49,026 bases of DNA from positions 1 to 49,026 of the forward strand of contig DLZS01000082.1 of assembly GCA_003447275.1 (NCBI GenBank). The letters run 5' to 3'. The translations under genes were made by a program, and so were the position numbers. Below, piece after piece: positions 18,024 to 28,151 of this stretch. The notes under the pieces are model-generated. The model searched no databases. It was given only the letters and a program-made list of their open reading frames with translations, and had not been told where the DNA came from. The stretch's first letter is position 1. The number at the start of each line of letters is the position of its first letter. Origin of the DNA: Dialister sp. (GTDB lineage Bacteria; Bacillota; Negativicutes; Veillonellales; Dialisteraceae).

Positions 18024-19120
18024 TTGTTTTCCTCCTTGTGATTCACTAAAGATTTCAATATTTTTACATTCTCACAAGCCTGTTTTCTCAGCTCGTCGAC
18101 CTGCTTCCATTCTTCTGGCGAGGCCGGCGCATCCAGGAAACGGCAAGTATCCTTGTACAATGTTTCAGCATCCATATGATGAATCGAGCAGGATGCTTTT
18201 CTATGAATCAGTGCCAAGAAATTATCAATTTTCGGATCATAAGAGATACCCAGAAAAGGGACATGCATCAAAGCAGAGAAGATCATGGCATGCAACCGCA
18301 TACCCACGACGACATCCATATTTCCCATGAGTGAAATGAGCTCTTCAATGCTGTAGGATTCCTTTAGCACATGGACTCTGTCGCTCTCTTCGATCTCTGT
18401 TTCCGCTGCACGCTTGTCTTCTGGAAACTGCATCGGAATCAAGACGACCGAGCAGTCCTTCTCCCGGGTGAGCCGCTCGATATAAATACGAAGCGGCTTC
18501 ATCCAGCGAGAAGTATCCGCCCAGCTGCGTATGGCGATACCGACCCGTTTCTTCGAAGGGTCCACATGATTCCTTGCGAGGATTTCCTTCCCTTTCTCCA
18601 AAGAAACAGGATCAAGAGAAAGTACAGCGTCCGCCGTCGTATAAATGGTGCGATGTACCCCGAGTCGCTGAAGAAATCCCTTCGATTCACTGTCACGCAC
18701 CGTGATGGCATCCACATGGTTTAATACATGCTTCAGTATAATACGGATGATGCGGTAACGCACAGGACCGATCCCTTGCGAATAGAGGAAGACCTGTTTC
18801 CGGAAAAGCACACCAACAATGATGATGGTGAGATAATAGATCATGCTTTTCCAGCTGGTCACATCCTGCAGCAGGCTCCCGCCGCCACTGATCAGCAGAT
18901 CTGTACGAAAAAGAGACGAGAGGATCGGCAGGATGCCGAAGCGAGGCACAGCCTTCACTCCGAATGTTCTTGCCGTATCCGAAGGATTTCCCGAGATCAC
19001 AGTGATAGAGGGCGCGTTGAAGGTCTTCCGAAGCGCCTGTAGTATGGCAAGCAGCATCGCTTCATCCCCGGCATTATGAAATCCATAATAACCGGAGATC
19101 ACAATATTATACTTTGCCAT
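18020..19120 (-). CDS. csaB: Polysaccharide pyruvyl transferase CsaB
   Basis: SGYYGFHNAGDEAML, SGGGSLLQDVTS, QGIGP, VRD..S, GMRLH, YDPK; ATG 19120 behind GGAG. Confidence 0.9.
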   Translation of the reverse strand: MAKYNIVISGYYGFHNAGDEAMLLAILQALRKTFNAPSITVISGNPSDTARTFGVKAVPRFGILPILSSLFRTDLLISGGGSLLQDVTSWKSMIYYLTIIIVGVLFRKQVFLYSQGIGPVRYRIIRIILKHVLNHVDAITVRDSESKGFLQRLGVHRTIYTTADAVLSLDPVSLEKGKEILARNHVDPSKKRVGIAIRSWADTSRWMKPLRIYIERLTREKDCSVVLIPMQFPEDKRAAETEIEESDRVHVLKESYSIEELISLMGNMDVVVGMRLHAMIFSALMHVPFLGISYDPKIDNFLALIHRKASCSIHHMDAETLYKDTCRFLDAPASPEEWKQVDELRKQACENVKILKSLVNHKEENK

Positions 19121-21149
19121 ATCGTTCTCCAAAGAACTTCGTCAGACGGACAAGGATCATGACTGCAAGAAGTGCGCCCACCATAGAGAGCGTACCGGCG
19201 GCCAGACCATCCAGTCCACGAATAAAGCTAAGAATAAACGGACTCCTCATGTGTGCGAAAGTTTCCACCATAGATCCCTGCCCGATCGTCACAGCGACGA
19301 TCAGAAAATAGTGCAGGAGCTGCGGCCATTTCCGATAGAGCGCAGCAAGAGAGACAAGCACAGCAGGATGTCCGAAGAGGAATTCCTTCTCTCTGGGGCG
19401 TGCATACATCACATCTTCGAGGAAACGGCGAAGCGCGATCTCAAACTGCGGAACAGGAGCCCCATTGTTACCACTGCGTCCAATAAAGACAAAGCCGACG
19501 ATGGCCAGAATGCCAAGTCCTACAAGAAGTCCCAGACGAATCTGGATCGAGCAGAATTTCTTGACAAAGGAAACAAAATCCTTATCAGATGTCACAGTTT
19601 TTCCGAAGAATGGGAATTTCTGGATGTAGACAACGGAAATCAGAACCAGCGGCAACACAAAAGTCGCTTTGACGCCACGGAAATATTCCATTTCCAGAAA
19701 GAAACGGATATCACTCAGAAGACCGCTGACGAAGCAGGCTCCGATCAGCGAAAGGATCCCACAACCCCAAAGGATCATGACTGACTCACCGAAGAGACGT
19801 CCCCAGCCGACCTCCGAGAAAGCCGTATCTTTCTTTTTTAAGCAATACTGAAGGAAGAGCGACACAACGACAACAGGCGTACAGACCGCCGCTCCAAGCG
19901 CCAGAAGCTGCAGAAGGATATTCACATGGAGGAGCCAGTAAAGCGCTTCTGCCACGATGAGCCCCACCGCTTCTATTACCATTCCATACCGGGAAAGCTG
20001 CGGAATGAGTAAAAGCAAGGTCAGCACGATAAGAGATACCGCACCTGCCATAGCGACAGCGCGAAGCGGTTTCTCCGGGAAATAGGCATCCATCACAGAG
20101 GCTTTGCCGACAGAAAAGCCATGATTTTCTAGACGATCCCTGACGCCGGCGATGTATGCCGCATTCGTCTCAGAGAGCGTTTTTCCATCAAGTGCAAACT
20201 TATACGATGGGAAAAGATTCATACGGATATTTCTTTCGATATCCGAAATATAGAATCGAGCCGCGGCTTCTTTCTGATTCAGCTTGATCAGCTCATCCTT
20301 GGACATCGCATAGAGACGCACCAGATGGTAATCCGAATGACGCGCCATATACAGCAGCCCTGCCTGTGGTTCAAAGCCGAGCTGACTCTGCGCTTCGATC
20401 ATGACGATCGGGATGCGACGCTGATTGAGCCCCTGAGAGACTTCTTTCTGATATTCCTTGTAGCCGAAAACTTCTTTTCCCTGGAAAATGACACCGCTGA
20501 CTTTATCCGAAGCATCGACCGCGTGGAAAAAATCATCGATGAAGGCCTTGGGCACATGCGCCACATTAGCCGGACGAAGGACAACATAAAAGCCATGCGA
20601 TCCGGCGCGTTTGACCGTATTTGTGAAAATGCCAAGCGGCATCGTCATGAATTTATCATAGACGCCAGAGACTTCAAGAGCTTCTACCCCATTTTCTGAA
20701 ATCGCCTTGACCTCATCCCTGCTGTAAAGAAGCGAGAGATGGTCAGCCATTTCCTTAAAATAGGTACTTCCATCCGCTGTATCCACCGGCTGGATATAGA
20801 TCTTATCTGGCAGGATGCCCGAGATCTCCGGATGCCGCGCCTGAAATTCATAACCACGATATACACGAATGAAATTGTGATTCACGAGCTTTTCCGGGGT
20901 TTCATCATAGACCGCAAGCGAAGTCACACCATTTTTACGATACAGCTCAAAAAGCGCATCTGTGGTGGTTCGCTCGACAGCTGCACTATCCAGGATATTG
21001 TTATAATCGTAGACCATTTCAACGGTCTGGGCAGCCGCTTCTACATGGTAACGCTGCCAGGAAATCCAGGCTCCCGCCATGGCTCCGATCAGAATCAGAA
21101 CGGCTAGCAGTTTGAAGACGGTCTGTTGTAAACCTTTCATTCTATCCAT
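19107..21149 (-). CDS. Large membrane protein, DUF5693-like (alternative start 21140)
   Basis: N-terminal TM, large extracytoplasmic domain with ERNIR, multi-TM C-terminus with FRGVK, RPREKEFLFGHP, SMVETFAH; overlaps csaB. Confidence 0.75.
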   Translation of the reverse strand: MDRMKGLQQTVFKLLAVLILIGAMAGAWISWQRYHVEAAAQTVEMVYDYNNILDSAAVERTTTDALFELYRKNGVTSLAVYDETPEKLVNHNFIRVYRGYEFQARHPEISGILPDKIYIQPVDTADGSTYFKEMADHLSLLYSRDEVKAISENGVEALEVSGVYDKFMTMPLGIFTNTVKRAGSHGFYVVLRPANVAHVPKAFIDDFFHAVDASDKVSGVIFQGKEVFGYKEYQKEVSQGLNQRRIPIVMIEAQSQLGFEPQAGLLYMARHSDYHLVRLYAMSKDELIKLNQKEAAARFYISDIERNIRMNLFPSYKFALDGKTLSETNAAYIAGVRDRLENHGFSVGKASVMDAYFPEKPLRAVAMAGAVSLIVLTLLLLIPQLSRYGMVIEAVGLIVAEALYWLLHVNILLQLLALGAAVCTPVVVVSLFLQYCLKKKDTAFSEVGWGRLFGESVMILWGCGILSLIGACFVSGLLSDIRFFLEMEYFRGVKATFVLPLVLISVVYIQKFPFFGKTVTSDKDFVSFVKKFCSIQIRLGLLVGLGILAIVGFVFIGRSGNNGAPVPQFEIALRRFLEDVMYARPREKEFLFGHPAVLVSLAALYRKWPQLLHYFLIVAVTIGQGSMVETFAHMRSPFILSFIRGLDGLAAGTLSMVGALLAVMILVRLTKFFGERYGKV

Positions 21150-21153
21150 CCTT

Positions 21154-22267
21154 TTACTTTGCTTTGATGTTGAACTTGTTCTGTTTCAGGAAGCCTTCAA
21201 TGAAAGGATTCAGATCCCCATCCATGACGCCCTGGATATTGCCCGTTTCAATGCCCGTCCGGTTATCCTTGACAAGGGTATACGGCTGGAATACATAGGA
21301 ACGGATCTGGCTGCCCCATTCGATCGCCTGCTGCTCTCCTTCGATGTCTTTGGTCATCTGTTCGCGTTTCTTGAGTTCGAGTTCATACAGCTTGGCACGG
21401 AGAAGACGAAGACACTGTTCCTTATTCTGGAACTGGGAGCGTTCATTCTGGCAGGCGGCGACGATCCCCGTAGGAATATGAGTCATTCGGACAGCCGAGC
21501 TCGTCTTATTGATATGCTGTCCGCCGGCACCGCTGGAACGATAATAATCCACACGGACATCTGCCATGTTCAGATCGACTTCGACATCATCACTGATTTC
21601 CGGCATGACATCCACGGCGGAGAAAGACGTATGACGACGTTTCGCTGCATCAAACGGAGAAATACGGACAAGACGGTGGACCCCTTTTTCGGATTTCAGG
21701 AATCCGTAGGCGTACTTGCCTTTGACCATGTATTCCGCACTCTTGATACCGGCTTCATCGCCCGGAAGCATATTCAGCTCCTCGATAGCAAAGCCTTCCG
21801 CTTCAGCCCATTTGATATACATACGGATCAGCATCTCGGTCCAGTCCTGGGCTTCGGTACCGCCTGCCCCGGCATGGAACGTGATAATGGCATTGTTCGC
21901 ATCATAGGGTTCGCTCAGAAGAAGCTCGATCTCCTTTTTATCAAGGATCTCTTTCAGCTCATCAAGCTCTGCCTTGATTTCCGGCTCCATCCCCTGATCA
22001 TCTTCTTCGATGGCAAGGTCCAGAAGATCCTTCAGGCCTTCCGCTCTGTCAAAGAGGCGGGTGTATGTATCATAGGCATCCTTGGCTTCTGTTGCTGCCT
22101 GTGAGATCTCACGGGCTTTATCTGCATCATCCCAGAATGTCGGATCACTCATCTGAATATCGTAACTTGCGATTCTTTCTTTCAGCTGAGGTAAGTCAAA
22201 GTGAATCCCTTATTTCTTTTTCATGATTCAGCAGGTCTGTCAAGGTTTTTTTCAAATCTTCCAACAT
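21154..22267 (-). CDS. prfB: Peptide chain release factor 2, programmed +1 frameshift at 22201-22195 (about 370 aa)
   Basis: ATG 22267 gives MLEDLKKTLTDLLNHEKEIRDSL then CTT TGA C; the +1 frame reads DLPQLKERIASYDIQMSDP into the ORF carrying SPF and GGQ motifs. Confidence 0.96.
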
Positions 22268-22315
22268 CTGATAGTCATCTCGCTTTCTGTTTTGTGATTA
22301 TTTTTTAATACTATA

Positions 22316-22373
22316 AAATAAAACAGCAAATCATCAGGCTGCCAGGTGACAGACTGATGAATAACATTTGCTG
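22316..22373 (-). terminator. Long bulged hairpin with U-tract between secA and prfB
   Basis: Nested stems CAGCAAAT/ATTTGCTG, TCATCAG/CTGATGA, followed by TTTTATTTT on the minus strand. Confidence 0.5.
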
Positions 22374-22446
22374 GATTATACAAACTAAATATAGCGGATC
22401 CTGATCAAGGTCCTATCCTAGATCATAGAAAAACTGCTATTCGTGC

Positions 22447-24939
22447 TTATTTTTTCTCTTCAGCCGCTTCGGTCTCCGCATCTCCATTGTCGTCGACATA
22501 GTGCTCTTCGGCTTCCTTCAAATGATCCTCAGCTGCCGGAGCTTCCGGTTTTTCAAGGTGCGCCCCTTCTTCCGGATCTGTTGTAAAGCGGATCTGGATG
22601 TGATAGAGGTAAAGGATGATGGTTTCCATCATAGCCTGCTGCATTTCCTCGAAAATATCGAATGCTTCAACCTTGTATTCTACGATCGGATTTCTCTGAC
22701 CATAGGAACGCAGGCTGATACCTTCCTTCAGCATATCCATGTCATCTAAGTGTTCCATCCACTTAGAATCGACGACTTTCAGCATGACCGCTTTTTCAAG
22801 TTCGCGCATCATAGGAGACCCAATGGATTCTTCTCTCGCATTGTAGGTCTCATGAGCCATGGTTTTCAGCTTATCTTCGACTTCTTCACGACTCATGTCT
22901 TCGATTTCTTCAAGCTTCAGGTCGCCCGGAGCCAGGAAAAATTTTTCCGCATACTTCAACAGGCCGGCGAAATCCCATTCTTCCGGATACAGCTTCGGAT
23001 CAGCATAGGTCTCCATCCCCTTCTCGATGATGTTATCCACCATAGAAAGGATCTGGTCTTTCATGTCTTCGCCTTCAAGGATCTTTCGGCGCTGGTCATA
23101 GACGACTTTACGCTGCTGGTTCATGACATCATCGTATTCCAGGACGTACTTACGAATATCAAAGTTGCGTGCTTCGACACGTTTCTGTGCTTTCTGAATG
23201 GCATTTGAAACCATGCGGCTGTTGATCGGTTCATCTTCTTCAAGGCCCATCTTTTCCATAAAGCTCTTGATGTTATCCCCGCCAAAGATACGAAGCAGGT
23301 CATCTTCCAAAGACAGGAAGAACTGGCTGGAACCCGGATCCCCCTGACGGCCGGCACGTCCACGGAGCTGGTTATCGATACGGCGGCTTTCATGTCGTTC
23401 CGTACCGATGATGGCAAGCCCGCCAAGTTCTGCGACGCCTTCACCCAGAGAAATATCGGTGCCTCGGCCTGCCATGTTCGTCGCGATCGTGACCGCGCCC
23501 TTCTGACCAGCCAGCGCAACAATGGCAGCTTCTCGTTCATGATACTTCGCATTCAGGACAGAGTGCGGAATGTTCGCCTGATCAAGCATATGCGAAAGTT
23601 CTTCAGACTGCTCGATAGATGTCGTGCCGATCAGCATTGGCTGCCCCGTCGCATGACGGCGCTCTACTTCTCTGACGACCGCTTTATACTTACCGCGTTT
23701 GTTCTTGAAAATGACATCCGGCAGATCCTTACGCTGGATCGGCTTGTTCGTCGGTACCTGAAGGACTGGCAGCCCATAAATTTTAATGAATTCCTGTTCT
23801 TCCGTCTTCGCCGTACCGGTCATACCTGCCAGCTTGTCATACATACGGAAATAGTTCTGGAAAGTGATCGTCGCTAGCGTCTGGCTTTCACGCTGTACTT
23901 CAAGCCCTTCCTTGGCTTCGATCGCCTGATGCAGACCATCGGAATAGCGGCGGCCATACATGAGACGGCCGGTGAATTCATCAACGATAACGACTTCCCC
24001 GTCCTTGACTACATAGTCTTTATCGCGGGTCATCATGGTCTGTGCACGGAGTGCCTGGACAAAGAGATGATTCAGCTCCAGATTCTCTGCATCATAGAGG
24101 TTCTCTACATGCAGCAGCTTTTCCATCTTTGCCACACCGGCTTCGGTCGGTGCTACCGTCTTCTGCTTCTCATCGATGGTGTAGTCTTCCTCTTTTTTCA
24201 GCTGTGGGACGAGTTTGGCGACGGTGTAGTAGTCATCTGTCGATTTCTGCCCCGGACCGGAAATGATCAGCGGTGTACGAGCTTCATCGATCAGGATGGA
24301 GTCCACTTCATCGATCAGGCAGTAGTGCAACGGACGCTGTACCATCTGATCGAGGGAAGTGACCATGTTATCACGCAGGTAATCAAAACCGAATTCATTA
24401 TTTGTTCCGTAGGTGATATCTGAATTGTATGCGATTTTTCTCTGGTTGAAATCCAGATCATGAATAATAAGGCCGACGGAGAGACCCAGAAATTTGTATA
24501 CCTGTCCCATCCATTCGCTGTCTCGTTTCGCCAGATAATCATTGACGGTAATAACGTGGACGCCCTTTCCTTCCAGCGCATTCAGATAGACCGGTGCCGT
24601 AGCAACCAGCGTCTTGCCTTCACCGGTACACATCTCAGCGATGTTTCCACGATGCAGAATAATACCGCCAATCAGCTGGGTATCGAAGTGACGCATCCCC
24701 AGCACGCGGCGAGAGGCTTCACGAATGACCGCAAAAGCCTCCGGTAGGATATCATCCAGTGTCTCACCCTTGGCAAGACGTACTTTGAATTCATTGGTTT
24801 TGTTCGCCAGAGAAGAATCGCTCAGCTTCTTCAGACCATCCTCCAAAGGATTGATCTGTTGCTCTACAATTTTACGGATCTTTTTGATTTCCTTCTCATT
24901 GGATCCATTGAAGAGTCTGTCAAAAAACTTATCAAACAT
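22447..24939 (-). CDS. secA: Preprotein translocase ATPase SecA
   Basis: [62 protein letters not shown] 24939 behind AAGGAG. Confidence 0.98.
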   Translation of the reverse strand: MFDKFFDRLFNGSNEKEIKKIRKIVEQQINPLEDGLKKLSDSSLANKTNEFKVRLAKGETLDDILPEAFAVIREASRRVLGMRHFDTQLIGGIILHRGNIAEMCTGEGKTLVATAPVYLNALEGKGVHVITVNDYLAKRDSEWMGQVYKFLGLSVGLIIHDLDFNQRKIAYNSDITYGTNNEFGFDYLRDNMVTSLDQMVQRPLHYCLIDEVDSILIDEARTPLIISGPGQKSTDDYYTVAKLVPQLKKEEDYTIDEKQKTVAPTEAGVAKMEKLLHVENLYDAENLELNHLFVQALRAQTMMTRDKDYVVKDGEVVIVDEFTGRLMYGRRYSDGLHQAIEAKEGLEVQRESQTLATITFQNYFRMYDKLAGMTGTAKTEEQEFIKIYGLPVLQVPTNKPIQRKDLPDVIFKNKRGKYKAVVREVERRHATGQPMLIGTTSIEQSEELSHMLDQANIPHSVLNAKYHEREAAIVALAGQKGAVTIATNMAGRGTDISLGEGVAELGGLAIIGTERHESRRIDNQLRGRAGRQGDPGSSQFFLSLEDDLLRIFGGDNIKSFMEKMGLEEDEPINSRMVSNAIQKAQKRVEARNFDIRKYVLEYDDVMNQQRKVVYDQRRKILEGEDMKDQILSMVDNIIEKGMETYADPKLYPEEWDFAGLLKYAEKFFLAPGDLKLEEIEDMSREEVEDKLKTMAHETYNAREESIGSPMMRELEKAVMLKVVDSKWMEHLDDMDMLKEGISLRSYGQRNPIVEYKVEAFDIFEEMQQAMMETIILYLYHIQIRFTTDPEEGAHLEKPEAPAAEDHLKEAEEHYVDDNGDAETEAAEEKK

Positions 24940-25089
24940 GGACACAGCTCCTTTTATAGTACAAGCGTTGTAAAAGTGATGGTAAAAGAAATCAGGAAGG
25001 AGCCCCCGATACAAGCATGACCGAGTAAACTCACAAGAATATTCATTTCTTTTTATACCATCAGTAATTCTATACCTACATACTATTTC

Positions 25090-25118
25090 ATTTTAACAAA
25101 CTCGTAGGCTATAGTCAA
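25090..25118 (-). promoter_or_regulatory. Putative secA promoter
   Basis: TTGACT, 17 bp, extended -10 TGt-TAAAAT. Confidence 0.6.
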
Positions 25119-25148
25119 AAAAGGAGCGGAAATTTCCGCTCCTTTTTT
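25117..25148 (-). terminator. hpf terminator (perfect 32-bp palindrome)
   Basis: AAAAAAGGAGCGGAAA/TTTCCGCTCCTTTTTT. Confidence 0.85.
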
Positions 25149-25166
25149 ATAAAAAATCAACTTTTC

Positions 25167-25706
25167 TTATTTTTCAGCATCGATCAGGCCATATTTGCCA
25201 TCATCTCTGCGATATACGACAGCCATCGCTTCCGTATCCGAATTGAAGAACATGAAGAAGTTGTGTCCCAGAAGATTCATCTGCAGAATGGCTTCTTCCG
25301 GCGACATCGGGCTGATATTGAAGTGCTTCGTCTTCACGATCTCAAAATCAGCATCCGCCTGTGCAGCGATCGGTTCTTTTTCCAGAACAAACTGACGGGA
25401 CAATGTATTCTTTTCTTTGAATTTCTTTGCCAGACGAGTCTTATATTTATGAATCTGACGTTCCACCTTGTCGAAAACGAGATCGATAGATTTGTACATA
25501 TCATCAGATTTTTCGACACCACGAAGAATGACGCCGTCTACGAAAACTGTAGTTTCACAAGTTTTGGTCATATTGGAAATACGGAGTAATACATTAATCT
25601 TTATCGGTTTATCGAAGTACCTCTGGATCTTACCTGTATGCTTTTCTACATAGGAATGCAGCGCATCGGTCATTTCAAGATTCTTGCCTCTAACTGTTAA
25701 TTCCAT
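25167..25706 (-). CDS. hpf: Long ribosome hibernation promoting factor (HPF/RaiA)
   Basis: VRGKNLEMTDAL, DMYKSID..ERQIHKYKTRL, MSPEEAILQMNLLGHNFF..VVYRRDDGKYGLI; RBS GGAGG. Confidence 0.95.
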   Translation of the reverse strand: MELTVRGKNLEMTDALHSYVEKHTGKIQRYFDKPIKINVLLRISNMTKTCETTVFVDGVILRGVEKSDDMYKSIDLVFDKVERQIHKYKTRLAKKFKEKNTLSRQFVLEKEPIAAQADADFEIVKTKHFNISPMSPEEAILQMNLLGHNFFMFFNSDTEAMAVVYRRDDGKYGLIDAEK

Positions 25707-26040
25707 AATGAAATCCTCCTTTCGTGAATAAGCTCTTGCTTATCCTTCTATGTATATTATACATGATATCTCATTTTTATCAAATCAAAAAATTCTATAG
25801 GACTCGACGAAAAGTCATGGATTGACAGAATAGGGTTTATACGAACGTGTGAATAATGTGTATAAAAGGGAAAATTCGAGATCTGGATCTGGCGACGATC
25901 GTCAGAAAAGCGGAAAAATCAGAATCCTTCAAACGCAAAGCGAAGGCAGATCCAACAGGCTGCAAAGATACAACATTCACCGATTTCCCCTCTTGCGTCT
26001 CAAGGCCCAAAATCTTCATCAGTAAACCTTGAAATCATTT

Positions 26041-26078
26041 AAAAAGCAGCACCCCATTCCCATGAGGTACTGCTTTTT
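26041..26078 (-). terminator. Terminator of cbiL-cbiA-cobO
   Basis: Minus strand AGCAGUACCUCA/UGGGGUGCUGCU plus a U run; pairing is complete only on the minus strand. Confidence 0.8.
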
Positions 26079-26116
26079 ATTGAGGAAGCACTGTTCAAAT
26101 CGTTATCCGCGTTTCC

Positions 26117-26671
26117 TTAAAACTCTATTCCTTTTCTTGCACGGATGCCTTTCTGGAAAGCATGCTTCACAAGCGTCATCTCAGTCACTGTATCTGCAAG
26201 ATCGATAAGCTGCTGCTCAGCATAGCGTCCCGTCAGGATCATATTGAGGCGCTCCGGTCTTTTCTGAATAAGCTCCGCTACTTCACCTGCAGAAATCATG
26301 CCAAAGTGAATGGCATAATTGATCTCATCTAAAACAATAAGATCCCATGCATCACTCATGACTTCTTTTTCGACCATCTGCCAAGCTTCCTTAGCCAGTG
26401 CCGTTTTCCGCCGGAATTCTTCTTCACTTTCTTTATCCTTATTATGGAAGACGAAGCCGTCCCCCATCGGCCGGATCTGGATGCGGTCATTTCCCTCACC
26501 CAAAGTCTCAACGGCTTTCAGCTCACCATACTTCCAAGCTCCCTTGATGAATTGAAGGATCAACACCTTCTGGCCATCTCCCCAGGCGCGGATCGCTGTC
26601 CCCAGGGCCGCCGTAGTTTTTCCTTTACCGGTCCCTGTATTGATCAGAACCAGTCCTTTTTGTACAGTCAT
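26117..26671 (-). CDS. cobO: Corrinoid adenosyltransferase (CobO/BtuR type)
   Basis: TGTGKGKTTAALG, QFIKG, LDEINYA, LTGR, KHAFQKGIRARKGIEF. Confidence 0.93.
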   Translation of the reverse strand: MTVQKGLVLINTGTGKGKTTAALGTAIRAWGDGQKVLILQFIKGAWKYGELKAVETLGEGNDRIQIRPMGDGFVFHNKDKESEEEFRRKTALAKEAWQMVEKEVMSDAWDLIVLDEINYAIHFGMISAGEVAELIQKRPERLNMILTGRYAEQQLIDLADTVTEMTLVKHAFQKGIRARKGIEF

Positions 26672-26775
26672 AGATTTGCCCTCATATAAAGCATACAGGA
26701 TACATCAGCTTCTGCGGTTCCACCGGAAAAGTACCATGCCCAATCGTAAACTGCGTACTTCTCGATGAAACCATC

Positions 26776-28149
26776 CTATTTGCGGCTCTTCTTAAAGGTC
26801 TCACACGATGCGATCCATTTTTCTGCAGCTGTTGGATTTCCATCAAAGGAAAGGTGCAGATAGCTTGCCAGTACATTGTCCTTTGCATAGCCCTCGATGT
26901 GCCCTGCCTTCTGCCGTGTCCCCTGAAGAGTATATGCCCAGGGGAAATCCTCTCCGCAGGAAAGGGTGGAAAAATGAAACTCATGCCCCTTCAGAAGATC
27001 CCCTTGATCTGCGATAACGCTCTTTCTAAGAGCCTTGCCAGTCACATAGCCCACACGCTGGAGTTTCTTCTGCATCTCGCAAACTCCGGGGACAAGGCCG
27101 ACCATCTCATAGGAGTCTCCGTCAAAGCCTTGGATCTTCTCGCAAAGGTACATCAACCCGCCGCATTCTGCATAGATTGGCATGCCGCATGCAGCCGCTT
27201 CCCGAATAGATGCTTTCATAGCCGTGTTTCCGACCAACTCATGAAGAAACATCTCTGGAAAACCACCGCCGAAGATCAGACCATCGACGTCAGGAATGCT
27301 GGAATCCCGGAGCGGACTAAAATCGACAAGCTCTGCGCCTTGCCGTTCGAGCGCTTCGAGACTGGCCGGGTAATAAAAAGAAAAAGCTTCATCCCGCGCC
27401 ACGCCGATGCGTACTTTTTTAACCTTGAGTTTTGTTTCGCTTTTCTCGACTTCCAGCAGAGGAGCCTGCCTTGCCACGTCCAAGACTGCCTCTGTATCTA
27501 CCCATTTCCCAGCAGCTTCTCCCATGTGCTCAATGAGCGCCTGCGTTTCAATTTCCGTCACAGGAGTAAGGCCCAAATGACGCTCCGGTGTCTGCAATGC
27601 ATCATCCCGGTGGAAAGCCCCCAGTACAGGCATGTGGATCTTCTCCATGACCTCGCGCACCATCGCTTCATGTCGGTCTGTGCCCAGACGATTCAGGATG
27701 ACCCCTGCGATATGGACATCCGGATCATATTCCCTAAAGCCAAGCGCCGTCGCAGCGATGCTGTAACCAACCGATTTGCAGTCGAGTACAAGCACCACAG
27801 GTGCCTTGAGTTTCTTTGCGATATCCGCAGTCGAGCTGATGCCATTCGCACCACCATCATAGAGCCCCATGACTCCTTCGATAATGGAAATATCCGCCCC
27901 TTTCGACAACGAGGCAAATGTCGGTACCAATCGATCCGGCGGTGTCATCCAGGTATCCAAATTATAGGAATTTCGCCCGGCCGCCTTTCCATGAAATCCG
28001 GGATCAATATAGTCCGGACCTACTTTAAAAGGCTGTACAGCATATCCCTTGGAATGAAAATAAGCTAAGAGTCCGGTCACGATGGTCGTCTTTCCGACAC
28101 CGCTGTTCGTACCGGCGATCACAATCCTTGGACGAGCGATAGATTCCAT
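26776..28149 (-). CDS. cbiA: Cobyrinate a,c-diamide synthase (CbiA/CobB)
   Basis: SGVGKTT, FKVGPDYIDP, IEGVMGLYDG, PERHLGL, AFSFYY, AECGG, GHEFH, SYLH. Confidence 0.95.
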   Translation of the reverse strand: MESIARPRIVIAGTNSGVGKTTIVTGLLAYFHSKGYAVQPFKVGPDYIDPGFHGKAAGRNSYNLDTWMTPPDRLVPTFASLSKGADISIIEGVMGLYDGGANGISSTADIAKKLKAPVVLVLDCKSVGYSIAATALGFREYDPDVHIAGVILNRLGTDRHEAMVREVMEKIHMPVLGAFHRDDALQTPERHLGLTPVTEIETQALIEHMGEAAGKWVDTEAVLDVARQAPLLEVEKSETKLKVKKVRIGVARDEAFSFYYPASLEALERQGAELVDFSPLRDSSIPDVDGLIFGGGFPEMFLHELVGNTAMKASIREAAACGMPIYAECGGLMYLCEKIQGFDGDSYEMVGLVPGVCEMQKKLQRVGYVTGKALRKSVIADQGDLLKGHEFHFSTLSCGEDFPWAYTLQGTRQKAGHIEGYAKDNVLASYLHLSFDGNPTAAEKWIASCETFKKSRK

Positions 28150-28151
28150 AT

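Noticed and set aside
22354..22386. Hammerhead ribozyme suggested by CTGATGA
   Set aside because: No GAAA after a stem II; the motif is one arm of a terminator-like hairpin
24940..25014. N-terminal extensions in the ORF track for secA (also ndk, lexA, mfd, pduX, cobU)
   Set aside because: Downstream ATGs have proper RBSs and match family N-termini
25920..25955. c-di-GMP-I riboswitch suggested by ACGCAAAGC
   Set aside because: No GGCAAAC/GAAA P2 stem or CUAA receptor; wrong orientation for hpf
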